Sequence record: PX930852.1
Reading direction: 5' to 3' (one strand)
Length of the DNA: 64,000 nucleotides
From: a phage
In this document: positions 54,900-63,910 of the stretch, one piece after another
Position numbering within the stretch: position 1 is the first letter of the stretch
How the letters are laid out: the number at the start of each line of letters is the position of its first letter
The notes under the pieces: generated by a model
What the model saw: the letters and a program-made list of their open reading frames with translations, nothing else
Told to the model about the DNA's origin: nothing
The model's database searches: none
Program-made: the position numbers and the translations under genes

Positions 54900-55448
54900 A
54901 TGGAAAAAGATAACTTAAAAGAAGTTGAAGGTAACTACCTAGTACTTGACTGGAGTGATGTTCGAGAAGCACTCTCCGAAGAAAATCTTGACTGGTTCGA
55001 ACAAATTATCTTTGCAGTACGGCATAACAGAGAAGTTGAAAATGGTAAAGAGCCACTTGAAGGAATCTTTGTAGAAAGGTCTTATCCGTTCTATGAAGAC
55101 ACTTTGCAGAAAGTTAAGATGTACTTTAGACAGAAGAACCGTAAAGTGGTCACTATGGTATCTCTTGGTGGACAGAGTATGTCTGTGATGGAAGATATCA
55201 ACCCTAAGAGACCGAGTAAAGGTATTTGTATAAAAATCACAGGACATGAAGAGTACATCTCAGTAGACGATTTTAGTTCATTCTGTAGTGGTTCTTGTGT
55301 CTTTAATGGTTTTCACTATGATATCCGAGTGTACCCAATCAAGGGAGATGATATCATGATGCAGATATTCGATAACAACAATGGATTCACTCATTTTTAT
55401 CAGACAACTAAGTCATCCCTAAAAACAGTTCTGGAAACACTGATTTAA
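54900..55448 (+). CDS. hypothetical protein
   Basis: ORF 54825..55448 trimmed to ATG 54900 to avoid overlap; followed by terminator. Confidence 0.45.
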   Translation: MEKDNLKEVEGNYLVLDWSDVREALSEENLDWFEQIIFAVRHNREVENGKEPLEGIFVERSYPFYEDTLQKVKMYFRQKNRKVVTMVSLGGQSMSVMEDINPKRPSKGICIKITGHEEYISVDDFSSFCSGSCVFNGFHYDIRVYPIKGDDIMMQIFDNNNGFTHFYQTTKSSLKTVLETLI

Positions 55449-55459
55449 AATATCTTAAG

Positions 55460-55490
55460 AGCCTCCTTAATCGGGGGCTTTTTAATTTTT
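55460..55490 (+). terminator. rho-independent terminator closing plus-strand operon
   Basis: AGCCTCC-TTAATC-GGGGGCT followed by TTTTTAATTTTT. Confidence 0.65.
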
Positions 55491-57064
55491 ATAAAATTTT
55501 ATCGGTTGTCCCAACCTCTGGGTCACCATCATATGTGAATAAAATATCTATCCTTCTTAACAACCTTCTTAATCTTACTCTCTATATAGTTATATAGTAC
55601 TATATAGTATCTTAGTAACTATCTAGTGGTCTTAATAGCCCCTCTGTATAACCCTTCTAACAAGCCCTCTAACAAGCCTTCTTAACAACCTATACAATCA
55701 CCTTAACCATCCCTCTACACCTTCTTAGAAGCTCCTATACACCTCTTAATCTCTATGTCAGCTATGATAATCTCTATAGGTGTTCACTAGGTATTACTAA
55801 GCCTCTATATAGACTGTTTTAATAAACTTAACAGGAATATCTTTACAGGCCTTATCTCACAAGGTCTAACACGGTACTAACAAGGTATCTTATAAGCCTG
55901 TTATTACCTGTATTTTTAAAAGGCTGTATAGGTAATTATTCAGAATCTTAAAATTTTTATAAAATAGGACTGTCAAGTCATTTTTTAGGGTCTTTGAAGG
56001 AACTCAAAAATATCTGATTAGGATGTATATCTGCTTGGTAGCCCTTAACAGCTCCCTTACAAGTACTTTGCAAAATTTTAAAATATCCTTAACAATTTCT
56101 TAACAGTTCTAACACCTTCTTAACAACTCTTCAAAGGTCTTAACAGATTCTTAACAGAACTAACAAGGCTGTAACAGATTTCTAACAAGTACTGAATAGG
56201 CTTTACAGAATCTTAACAGATGACTAACAAGAGCTAACAAGTTAATTTTTAAGAGTTATTTTGTTAAGATAATTAACAAGTTTCTAACAAGTGTTTAATC
56301 TTTTTAACAAGCTATTAACATGGTCACTATCTCTTTTCTTATCGTTCCCTTTCCTTTCTTAGTGACTTCTTAAACATACCTCTTAAAAGCCCTCTATAGC
56401 TCCTTGTAAGCCCTTTTAAGCCTCTTCCTAGTATCTATCCCCCAACTGTACAGATAGCTCTTTATAGGGCTTTACAGGAGCTTATAAGGCTATGTCAAAG
56501 ACTCTTACAAGGCTTTTACGTGGTCTTAACAGAGATTTAACAAGGGGCTAACAAGTTGCTAACAAGTGCCTTAAAAGCATAACTATGTAGGGATTGTTAA
56601 GAAATTGTTAAGAAAATGTTAAGGGGGCTAGCATTTACGTAACTTTATAGCCTCTTTTACGTAACTTTGAAGTAACTTTATAGCCCCTATAACATACTTT
56701 TAAGACACTACCAATAGGATTCGATAGATTCCTATCTCATAGCCCTTTTTAATAGTTCACAAGAATACTAACGAGATGATAAAGCTTACACCCTTATAAG
56801 ATTCTTTTAAGGCTCTAGGAAGTTTTATAAAGGGATTTTTAGGGTGAGTTAATGCAATCCCTTAAGTTAGGTTGATAAGGCTGTTATAGAGCTTTATAGA
56901 GCGTTTTAGTGGTTGCCCTTCCCTTTCGGGTTATGGGCTTATATTTAAGTTGATTTGATAAGAAGATATAGAGTAGACTATAGAGTTATTGCTTTTAAGG
57001 TCTGGTAAGATTCTAACTTGTTAGGGGAGTCTGGGAAGATTCTGGGAAGGGATTGGATAGACGT
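55491..57064 (+). repeat. ORF-free region dense in TAACAAG/TAACAGA-type motifs
   Basis: no ORF of 60 aa or more in any frame; tens of CTTAACAA/CTAACAAG/TTAACAGA copies almost all on plus strand; secondary repeats TTACGTAACTTT and GTAACTTTATAGCC. Confidence 0.7.
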
Positions 57065-57094
57065 AAAAAAGCCCCTATGAGAAGGAGCTTTTCA
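57065..57094. terminator. terminator closing minus-strand early array
   Basis: AAAAAA-AGCCCCT-loop-AGGAGCT-TTTT; second hairpin GGGGCTAAATAGCCCC at 57102-57117. Confidence 0.5.
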
Positions 57095-57127
57095 GGTATC
57101 TGGGGCTAAATAGCCCCGTTGCGTCGA

Positions 57128-57376
57128 TTAGTTGTAACCTTGTTTGCTGTAGTATAGGGAGACGATTTTTTCTCCCCAGTAGTGGTAGTGATATTCCTCG
57201 TTTATGGCTTCTTTTACAGCGTCCTTCCAAAAGTCATCGGTAGGGTTATAATCTGGTAGCACCTGCTGAATCAGCATTTTGATAAGGTCAAAGGTGTTAT
57301 CTGTTCCACCGATATCGAATTTTGCATCAAGTTCGTGGCAGCCATAAGCATTAACAGTTACGCGGATAGTTGACAT
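57128..57376 (-). CDS. hypothetical early protein (82 aa)
   Basis: preceded by type-A cassette and GGAGA RBS; followed by terminator at 57065. Confidence 0.5.
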   Translation of the reverse strand: MSTIRVTVNAYGCHELDAKFDIGGTDNTFDLIKMLIQQVLPDYNPTDDFWKDAVKEAINEEYHYHYWGEKIVSLYYSKQGYN

Positions 57377-57441
57377 AATTTAGATTCTCCAGTTTAGGAC
57401 TTTACTTAGTGGGGGGAGGTCATCCCCCGTTAATTAGTAAT
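57377..57441 (-). promoter_or_regulatory. type-A early-gene cassette (hairpin plus RBS)
   Basis: minus sense GGGGGATGACCTCCCCCC stem-loop then ACTAAGTAAAGTCCTAAACTGGAGAATC and ATG. Confidence 0.55.
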
Positions 57442-57705
57442 TTACTGCATATTGGCGTATGTTGCAAGCCTTTTTTCGTTGTATTTTGTAAGAATCTCAC
57501 AAGATACAACATCATACTTTGTAACAGCGTTGCCTTTATCGAGGTCAAAAAAGCCAAACGCTTTACCATCTTTGAATCCGACAACTTCGTAAGATTCTTT
57601 GATGATTTCACCATTGAACAAATCACTTTCGATACGGTGAAATAATGCTACATCTTCTTTGTCGGTTGCAATTTGTAAAAGTGTGGTTAATTCTACGTTT
57701 TCCAT
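57442..57705 (-). CDS. hypothetical early protein (87 aa)
   Basis: preceded by type-A cassette and RBS. Confidence 0.5.
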   Translation of the reverse strand: MENVELTTLLQIATDKEDVALFHRIESDLFNGEIIKESYEVVGFKDGKAFGFFDLDKGNAVTKYDVVSCEILTKYNEKRLATYANMQ

Positions 57706-57771
57706 CTTGATAACTCCAGTTTAGGACTTTATTTAGTGGGGAAGGTCATTCCCTCCCCGTTGATTGACAAT
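57706..57771 (-). promoter_or_regulatory. type-A early-gene cassette
   Basis: conserved TTGTCAATCAACGGGGAGGGAATGACCTTCCCCACTAAATAAAGTCCTAAACTGGAG. Confidence 0.55.
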
Positions 57772-58302
57772 TTACAGACTTTTAAGTGTCTCGTCAATAT
57801 CTTTTTCAATGTCTTTTAAAGTTTTTTCTAAGTTCTTGATATTGAAGGATAAACCTTCACCGAGAGTCTTAGAGTAACCACTAGGACGTAAATTATACAG
57901 TTTAATTTCTTCCACTTTAAAGAGACTAACTAACTCACCGTTTACATCATAAGCCATTGAAACAGTATTTGCAGGTGCATTGTAAAACTTGTTTAGTGAC
58001 TTGATAGAACGTTCATAAGCCATTTTATAACCGTTTAAAAGGTTTTTAACGTGGTTGTGAACGTTTTTACACTCATCTAAGTAAATCTCTAAGAATAACG
58101 GTAATAATTCCGCTACAGCTTGCATAAAGTGAGAGACTACAACGGTTGCAACATTACGACGATGTACATAATAAGCCCCGTTTTCTGACTTAGTGATGGT
58201 TGCAAAGTGTACCCCATTACAACGAAATTCATATGTATCTTTTACAGGCTTAGACATTACAGCATTTGAACGAATGAAGTTGATAGCTTTAAACTTGTTC
58301 AT
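57772..58302 (-). CDS. hypothetical early protein (176 aa)
   Basis: preceded by type-A cassette and RBS. Confidence 0.5.
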   Translation of the reverse strand: MNKFKAINFIRSNAVMSKPVKDTYEFRCNGVHFATITKSENGAYYVHRRNVATVVVSHFMQAVAELLPLFLEIYLDECKNVHNHVKNLLNGYKMAYERSIKSLNKFYNAPANTVSMAYDVNGELVSLFKVEEIKLYNLRPSGYSKTLGEGLSFNIKNLEKTLKDIEKDIDETLKSL

Positions 58303-58375
58303 TTTGACTCTCCTAGTTTAAGGATTTTACTTAGTGGGGAAGGTCATTCCCTCCCCGTTGATTAGTAATTTACTT
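58303..58375 (-). promoter_or_regulatory. type-A early-gene cassette
   Basis: same conserved hairpin and RBS module. Confidence 0.55.
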
Positions 58376-58462
58376 GTTTTGATAGTTGATTGCAAGTAAT
58401 TTTTTGAGCTTATCTATAAAGAATCTTTTAAGTTAATCCCTTTTAGATAAACCCCCTCGAAC

Positions 58463-58492
58463 AAAGTTACCAATGTCAAGGGGTATTGTCAA
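58463..58492. promoter_or_regulatory. tandem TGTCAA element (copy 3), orientation ambiguous
   Basis: ATGTCAAGGGGTATTGTCAACACTTTTTTA in plus orientation inside a minus-strand gene array. Confidence 0.3.
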
Positions 58493-58524
58493 CACTTTTT
58501 TAAAAGTTTTTTGTAAGTCATTGA

Positions 58525-58866
58525 TTAACTGATGAATATTTTTTCAGGTTTTACATAGCTGATACGCTGACTTTTTAGCAGGTCATCCCAGATTAACGCG
58601 GCGATATGGGTATAACCGGATTCACGTAAAAGTTTCATTGTTTTACTTCTCGTTTCAAAACGGCTTGCATAGTACTCACTATTCAGCGTCGTTTTATTCC
58701 CTTCGTTGTCTACATGGATAATCTGCATCACTTGAAAGGGGCTTGTGTCCTCGCCTTTATTCCACTGTTCAAAGTATTTTAGGCACTGCATAGGTGACAT
58801 CTTATCACTGACCTGAGTTGACCAAGATGCGCCAGCTTTATCGGTAATTACGGTTACATAAGCCAT
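58525..58866 (-). CDS. hypothetical early protein (113 aa)
   Basis: preceded by type-A cassette and RBS. Confidence 0.5.
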   Translation of the reverse strand: MAYVTVITDKAGASWSTQVSDKMSPMQCLKYFEQWNKGEDTSPFQVMQIIHVDNEGNKTTLNSEYYASRFETRSKTMKLLRESGYTHIAALIWDDLLKSQRISYVKPEKIFIS

Positions 58867-58956
58867 TTTTAGATTCTCCAGTTTAGGACTTTATTTAGTG
58901 GGGAAGGTCATTCCCTCCCCGTTGATTGACAATTTACAGATTTTTATCAGGCTTGT
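58867..58956 (-). promoter_or_regulatory. type-A early-gene cassette
   Basis: same module; upstream TTGAAA-17-ATAAAA candidate promoter. Confidence 0.55.
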
Positions 58957-59190
58957 CTAGTCTTTTTCAATGATAATTTCATACTGACCATCTACGCTGT
59001 CAAAATAGACACCTTCTTCATCTTCTGTCTTAAAGTAACATTGTATATCATCACTGGCGGGATAGTCTTGCCTTGCTATCTGGCACACTTGAACAGCATT
59101 TTCTTTACTCCCTGTAAACTCCTCAAGCCCTTTAAAATCGCATGAATGACCGTTACAAATAGAAAGGATGAGGTAAATGGTTGTAAGCAT
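58957..59190 (-). CDS. hypothetical protein with N-terminal signal-like segment (77 aa)
   Basis: MLTTIYLILSICNG hydrophobic N-terminus; AAGAGG RBS. Confidence 0.45.
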   Translation of the reverse strand: MLTTIYLILSICNGHSCDFKGLEEFTGSKENAVQVCQIARQDYPASDDIQCYFKTEDEEGVYFDSVDGQYEIIIEKD

Positions 59191-59203
59191 GATTTAAGCC
59201 TCT

Positions 59204-59224
59204 TAAAAGCCCCTTACAGGGGCT
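59204..59224 (-). terminator. intergenic terminator/attenuator
   Basis: AGCCCC-TGTAA-GGGGCT followed by TTTTAAG in minus sense. Confidence 0.5.
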
Positions 59225-59256
59225 GAATAGTGTTTATAAGGTGATTGCATAGGTTT

Positions 59257-59799
59257 TTAGAAAAAACCCTTTAAATCCTCTTCTGCGATGTTTCCTGTCA
59301 GTGTATCCATGATGTCACAAAAAACCTGAATACTGTCCGACTGTTGAACACTTTTAGCAAGTAGTTCTAATGTCTCATCAAGATAGTTTAAATTTGGGTT
59401 ATCCAATGAAGGAAGACAAAAAGGTGAATACATAGCGTTAAACTCTGTTGTATAGACCTTTTTAATCCAATTTATATCAAAATACTCTGTAAAACTTGCT
59501 ACACTCGACATATTATCACAAGAATAATCATCGTTTAGTTCATCCTCTGGAATATCAAGTTCTAGGATAACAATATTTTGTGTCTTCATCTGGAAAGCTG
59601 CGGTGATAGTGGCATTGCCTAAAGCTTGCTGGATACCTTCAGAGATTATTTCTTCCTCATCGTCGCCATAGATTTTATTTTCTGGATACACGTAAAAATT
59701 GCCGTCCATATCCGAACAATTCCATGCGCCTGATGGTTTATCACCGTTATTAATCAGGTTGAGGAAATTTTCTTGAGTAGTTCCGTGATAGCATTTCAT
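59257..59799 (-). CDS. hypothetical early protein (180 aa)
   Basis: preceded by type-B cassette; followed by terminator hairpin 59204. Confidence 0.5.
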   Translation of the reverse strand: MKCYHGTTQENFLNLINNGDKPSGAWNCSDMDGNFYVYPENKIYGDDEEEIISEGIQQALGNATITAAFQMKTQNIVILELDIPEDELNDDYSCDNMSSVASFTEYFDINWIKKVYTTEFNAMYSPFCLPSLDNPNLNYLDETLELLAKSVQQSDSIQVFCDIMDTLTGNIAEEDLKGFF

Positions 59800-59886
59800 T
59801 TTTGAATCTCCTAGTTTAAGGATTTAGTGGTAAAGCTCTTTATCTGGGGCTTACTTTATCGAACTATAAGCCCCTTGTAAAGTACT
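59800..59886 (-). promoter_or_regulatory. type-B early-gene cassette (promoter-like)
   Basis: minus sense TTTACA-17 nt-TATCTT inside GGGGCTTA..TAAGCCCC inverted repeat, then RBS. Confidence 0.55.
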
Positions 59887-60135
59887 TTATTTAACTTTCT
59901 TTGAGAAAATTAGTTTAACTGCAACCGTAGGAACCTCGTCAGCGATTGTAACCAGCATCACTTTTTGAGTGACCAACTTATAACCGTTCTTTGCAGCGTA
60001 TGCGGTAAAACGGTTGACATTGTAACTATAAGTTTTTGGTGTGTTATCTGGCATGTGGTAAATGAAAGGTTTACCCAAATTTTCTTCTTGTGTCAATAAT
60101 CTACAGGTATCGGGAATGTTAAAGTAGTTCATCAT
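59887..60135 (-). CDS. hypothetical early protein (82 aa)
   Basis: preceded by type-B cassette. Confidence 0.45.
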   Translation of the reverse strand: MMNYFNIPDTCRLLTQEENLGKPFIYHMPDNTPKTYSYNVNRFTAYAAKNGYKLVTQKVMLVTIADEVPTVAVKLIFSKKVK

Positions 60136-60221
60136 TTTTAGAATCTCCAGTTTAGGATTTAGTGGTAAAGCTCTTTATCTGAGGCTTAAGTTATCAACTT
60201 TTAAGCCCCTTGTAAAGTACT
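60136..60221 (-). promoter_or_regulatory. type-B early-gene cassette
   Basis: same module (GGGGCTTAAAAGTTGATAACTTAAGCCTC). Confidence 0.55.
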
Positions 60222-60425
60222 TTATTTGTTATTTTTGACAACTTTTAAAACTGCAAGATAGCCTAAGCAATAAGAATCACCGAAGAGAGTCCTACCCATG
60301 AAAGAATCCTCTTTGATATCCTTTGCAGTGACAGTTTTTTCTACGCCGTGGGAAAGGACTATATCACCAACTTTGATATCTTTGATGTGTGTAGTTTCAA
60401 TGGTTAAACCATTAATAATAGCCAT
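60222..60425 (-). CDS. hypothetical early protein (67 aa)
   Basis: preceded by type-A cassette. Confidence 0.45.
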   Translation of the reverse strand: MAIINGLTIETTHIKDIKVGDIVLSHGVEKTVTAKDIKEDSFMGRTLFGDSYCLGYLAVLKVVKNNK

Positions 60426-60527
60426 TTTTAGATTCTCCAGTTTAGGACTTTATTTAGTGGGGAAGGTCATTCCCTCCCCGTTGATGTGTAATTTAATCTA
60501 TCTAAAAACCAGTGTCAACAAAATTTT
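60426..60527 (-). promoter_or_regulatory. type-A early-gene cassette with upstream TTGACA-17-TAAATT
   Basis: minus sense GTTGACAC..TAAATT followed by conserved hairpin GGGGAGGGAATGACCTTCCCC. Confidence 0.55.
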
Positions 60528-60932
60528 TTAGAGTTCTGCATAAATTGCATCACAGACATCACGAAAATCGTGATTTGTCAAATTACGTTGTAACCAAGTG
60601 GCAAAGAAATCAGCGATTGCAAAATTAGCGTCATACTCGACGGATAGCCATACTTTAACAGCAAATCGGAACATCTTTAAATCAAGCTCTTTATTCATTA
60701 CCTTTGATTTGCCTAACATGTCGGACATTTCATATTGCGCACCGTCTAGCGTGATACCTGCTGCAACGTCAGCCAATGAACTTTTTACGTTTTCAACGTC
60801 TAAAATAACGCTTTGAATCTTTCCGATAATGTTGTGCAATGTCTCATCAGGCGCTGATGATGTCATAATGTTGATTCGATTAACGGTCAAACGTGCTTTT
60901 AACATTGATAATTCACGGTTATTAATAGCCAT
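60528..60932 (-). CDS. hypothetical early protein
   Basis: ORF 60528..60947 uses a TTG inside the conserved cassette; true start taken as ATG 60932 after GGAGAA. Confidence 0.45.
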   Translation of the reverse strand: MAINNRELSMLKARLTVNRINIMTSSAPDETLHNIIGKIQSVILDVENVKSSLADVAAGITLDGAQYEMSDMLGKSKVMNKELDLKMFRFAVKVWLSVEYDANFAIADFFATWLQRNLTNHDFRDVCDAIYAEL

Positions 60933-61018
60933 TTTTAAGTTCTCCAATTTAGGATTGAGTGGTAAAGCTCTTTATCTGGGGCTTAAGATATCAACTTCCA
61001 AGCCCCATGTAAAGTACT
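60933..61018 (-). promoter_or_regulatory. type-B early-gene cassette
   Basis: same module. Confidence 0.5.
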
Positions 61019-61291
61019 TTACATTAAATGCAGTTTTTTGCCTTTTACTATAATGTAACTCGATGCGCTATTGCTTTGCACATCCTGATAAATTCTGCGC
61101 AAACGTCCTTCGTAGTGTACTTTCCAACTGGTTGGAATCTTTTTACCGTATCCCGTAGCAGTTTTTTGGAGTCCTGCTACTTGCCAATCTAAGATATGTT
61201 GCTCAGCTTGTAAGTCTTCAAAGTGCATGACACCATCTACATAGTGACGTAGTGTGACATTTAAAGTGCGACCGTTGTTAGTAGTATACAT
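61019..61291 (-). CDS. hypothetical early protein (90 aa)
   Basis: preceded by type-A cassette. Confidence 0.45.
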   Translation of the reverse strand: MYTTNNGRTLNVTLRHYVDGVMHFEDLQAEQHILDWQVAGLQKTATGYGKKIPTSWKVHYEGRLRRIYQDVQSNSASSYIIVKGKKLHLM

Positions 61292-61381
61292 TTTAGAATC
61301 TCCTAGTTTAAGGACTTTATTCAGTGGGGAAGGTCATTCCCTCCCCGTTGATGTGTAATTTAATCTATCTAAAAACCAGTG
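61292..61381 (-). promoter_or_regulatory. type-A early-gene cassette with upstream TTGACA-17-TAAATT
   Basis: near-identical to 60426-60527. Confidence 0.55.
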
Positions 61382-61714
61382 TCAACAGTTTTGTTTTCGT
61401 TTGCTCAATTCTTGAACAATTACAGCGTAGTAGTCTTTTAAGTCACTGATATTTAAAGCATTTATTAGTGAATTATAATCATCGATTAACTGAAAATCAT
61501 CTTTGAAGATGTCACTTATCTGATAGGTTTTCGCTTTGTATCTGAAGCTCATCTCTAGCCGCTTTATTTGCTCATCACTGAGACGCCCTAGAAAGCTCTC
61601 TACAAGGTTATTGCTGACCTGCTGTGTGATTGCCTTATTTGCTAGATTATAGGCTTTATATGCCTTATATAGCGCGAAAATGGCAATGATTGCAGTGATA
61701 CCAGTCATTAACAT
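61382..61714 (-). CDS. putative membrane protein (110 aa)
   Basis: N-terminal TM helix MLMTGITAIIAIFALY; coupled to upstream gene. Confidence 0.45.
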   Translation of the reverse strand: MLMTGITAIIAIFALYKAYKAYNLANKAITQQVSNNLVESFLGRLSDEQIKRLEMSFRYKAKTYQISDIFKDDFQLIDDYNSLINALNISDLKDYYAVIVQELSKRKQNC

Positions 61715-62004
61715 GGTGTTTCCTCTTTACGTGATACTTTGCCATTTACAGTTATCTCATAGGATTCTAATAAATCGCTTTTAGACTTTACAGGACTTTT
61801 AAAAGTATCATCATAAATATTAACTTGCAATACAGGTTTTTTATACTCCCTGCAACTGTTCCATAAGCAAATCACTACACGACGGCCTTTTATTTTGCCG
61901 TGTAACCATTCCATAACATCATGATTATTCCTTGATGTTTCAATGAAATCAATTTTGTTGAGTAATTTGCTTAGATTTTCACGCACTTGATTTGATAATT
62001 TCAT
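61708..62004 (-). CDS. hypothetical early protein (98 aa)
   Basis: preceded by type-B-like cassette. Confidence 0.45.
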   Translation of the reverse strand: MKLSNQVRENLSKLLNKIDFIETSRNNHDVMEWLHGKIKGRRVVICLWNSCREYKKPVLQVNIYDDTFKSPVKSKSDLLESYEITVNGKVSRKEETPC

Positions 62005-62096
62005 TTTAGAATCTCCTAGTTTAAGGGCTTTATTTGATAAATCTCTTTATCTGGGGCTATCCTACCAGCTTGATAACCCCGTGTAAAGAAATCTAT
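62005..62096 (-). promoter_or_regulatory. type-B-like early-gene cassette (variant)
   Basis: shares RBS-proximal block and GGGGCT hairpin arm. Confidence 0.45.
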
Positions 62097-62609
62097 TTAG
62101 TTCTTAAAGATATTCATCACTGAATCTTTTAGTGATTCCAAACGTTCTAATACTTCAGATTCTGCGTCTGAATTGTTCACCTCTTCTTTTAGTCTATCCT
62201 CTAAATCATCGCCGTCACTATAGCACCAATCAAAAGCGTAGCCAATATAAAAACTGTCTAAAATTGTTTGACCATTTGCATCGACAACTTTCGCGGCAAG
62301 GTTGTATTCTGAAGCCTCTAAATCTCTTTCTAATTCTTTCTGTAAGCTTGTGTAAGCCTCTTTTGATGGATTTTCCCGGCCTTGTTTTGCATAGTCACTT
62401 GAAAGCTGTTTAAGGCTGTAATGCAAAGGGATTGCATATTTAAAATCATTACGCTGACAGTTGGGGTTTTTAATAGTCACGCCGCCCTGATGGGTGTCTG
62501 TAAACTCCCAATTATCAAGATTATGGCTTGCTTCAAAGCAATTGACAGCTTCATAAATAATAGTGAATTTTTCTTTTACAACTTCAAAGGTAGCGTCTAC
62601 AGTTTTCAT
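62097..62609 (-). CDS. hypothetical early protein (170 aa)
   Basis: preceded by type-B cassette. Confidence 0.5.
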   Translation of the reverse strand: MKTVDATFEVVKEKFTIIYEAVNCFEASHNLDNWEFTDTHQGGVTIKNPNCQRNDFKYAIPLHYSLKQLSSDYAKQGRENPSKEAYTSLQKELERDLEASEYNLAAKVVDANGQTILDSFYIGYAFDWCYSDGDDLEDRLKEEVNNSDAESEVLERLESLKDSVMNIFKN

Positions 62610-62697
62610 TTTTGAATCTCCAGTTTAGGACTTAGTAGTAAAGCTCTTTATCTGGGGCTTAAGATATCAACTTTTAAGCCCCTTGTAAAGTACTTTA
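62610..62697 (-). promoter_or_regulatory. type-B early-gene cassette
   Basis: same module. Confidence 0.55.
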
Positions 62698-62955
62698 TCA
62701 GATTAAATTGCCAGTTAATGATAAGTGCATTTTGTAACCTTGTTTAGTGAAAACATTCACTTTACCGAGTGTTTTTACACCTTTAAAAAGGTTATTTGAA
62801 CTGCGTTTTAGGTTTAACTGTTTATCAACCTTCACGCCCCACCTTACAGCAGATTGTTTTCCGTTGTCAACCACTTTCCCGCATAACTTTTTAGCCATGA
62901 TACGAGCGTCATCACGAGTCTTTGCGGTAATTACAACGTTTTTGATAATAGCCAT
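62698..62955 (-). CDS. hypothetical early protein
   Basis: ORF 62698..62970 uses TTG in cassette; start taken as ATG 62955. Confidence 0.45.
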   Translation of the reverse strand: MAIIKNVVITAKTRDDARIMAKKLCGKVVDNGKQSAVRWGVKVDKQLNLKRSSNNLFKGVKTLGKVNVFTKQGYKMHLSLTGNLI

Positions 62956-63041
62956 TTTTAAGTTCTCCAATTTAGGATTTAGTGGTAAAGCTCTTTATCT
63001 GGGGCTTACTTTATCGAACTATAAGCCCCTTGTAAAGTACT
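62956..63041 (-). promoter_or_regulatory. type-B early-gene cassette
   Basis: same module. Confidence 0.55.
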
Positions 63042-63425
63042 TTATTTGTTAATTTTGAAGATAGTTACATAACCATCGCTCCCGATGATTTGCGATACCC
63101 CAGCTTTTTCTACTTTATAGCCCATATTTTCAAGATGATAAACAGCATCATCATAACCATATGCGCCACCCTGATAACGTCGCTTATCACATCTTACTAA
63201 TACTTTTCCGCGTCCTGCTAGTGCATTCAGTACGGCTTTTTCACTTGATAGTGTACCGTCTAACATGGTTGCCGTGTAATGGTTGATTCTATTCCCGTTT
63301 ACATCATACTTAAAATTGAATGCGTGAACAACAATAATGTTGCCTTTAAAATTCTCATCAAGTGACTTCTCCAGTACTTTGCGAAAGTTGTCTTTGTTGA
63401 TGAATTTCGGTGCACGATATGCCAT
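63042..63425 (-). CDS. hypothetical early protein (127 aa)
   Basis: preceded by type-B cassette. Confidence 0.5.
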   Translation of the reverse strand: MAYRAPKFINKDNFRKVLEKSLDENFKGNIIVVHAFNFKYDVNGNRINHYTATMLDGTLSSEKAVLNALAGRGKVLVRCDKRRYQGGAYGYDDAVYHLENMGYKVEKAGVSQIIGSDGYVTIFKINK

Positions 63426-63515
63426 TTTTGAATCTCCTAGTTTAAGGGTTAATTTGGTAAAGCTCTTTATCTGGGGCTTACTTTATCGAACTATAAGCCC
63501 CATGTAAAGTACTTT
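63426..63515 (-). promoter_or_regulatory. type-B early-gene cassette
   Basis: same module. Confidence 0.55.
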
Positions 63516-63737
63516 TTATTTATCGTAATAGTAAATCGCTGTTTGCCTTGTAAAATTCTTAGTATTTCTTGTAAGGTAGCAATTAGAGTTTATAGCTGTT
63601 TCTACATAGTTGCAATAGTCAGCTTCTGATATTCTAGACCATACGCCACAAATTTGCATGTAAAAACGTTTTACCTTTGTGTTAACGTTAGTTGTAACCA
63701 TCAATTCACGACTGTAAAGCATTATTTCGCGCTCCAT
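63516..63737 (-). CDS. hypothetical early protein (73 aa)
   Basis: overlaps upstream gene. Confidence 0.4.
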   Translation of the reverse strand: MEREIMLYSRELMVTTNVNTKVKRFYMQICGVWSRISEADYCNYVETAINSNCYLTRNTKNFTRQTAIYYYDK

Positions 63738-63910
63738 TTCTCAAAGAGTTCAGCAGGGAAACGTTCGCTATACCCTTTTAAGGAAAAAGTATTATCTTTG
63801 TGGATAGCTTCCACCTGATAAACCTTATAAGAGCGTATAGTTAGCATTTTGTAAGAGTATTCGTGCTTAATGTTAACCTCATCGCCAACTTTAATTTTTC
63901 TTGATGCCAT
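63722..63910 (-). CDS. hypothetical early protein (62 aa)
   Basis: preceded by type-A cassette at 63911. Confidence 0.4.
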   Translation of the reverse strand: MASRKIKVGDEVNIKHEYSYKMLTIRSYKVYQVEAIHKDNTFSLKGYSERFPAELFEKWSAK

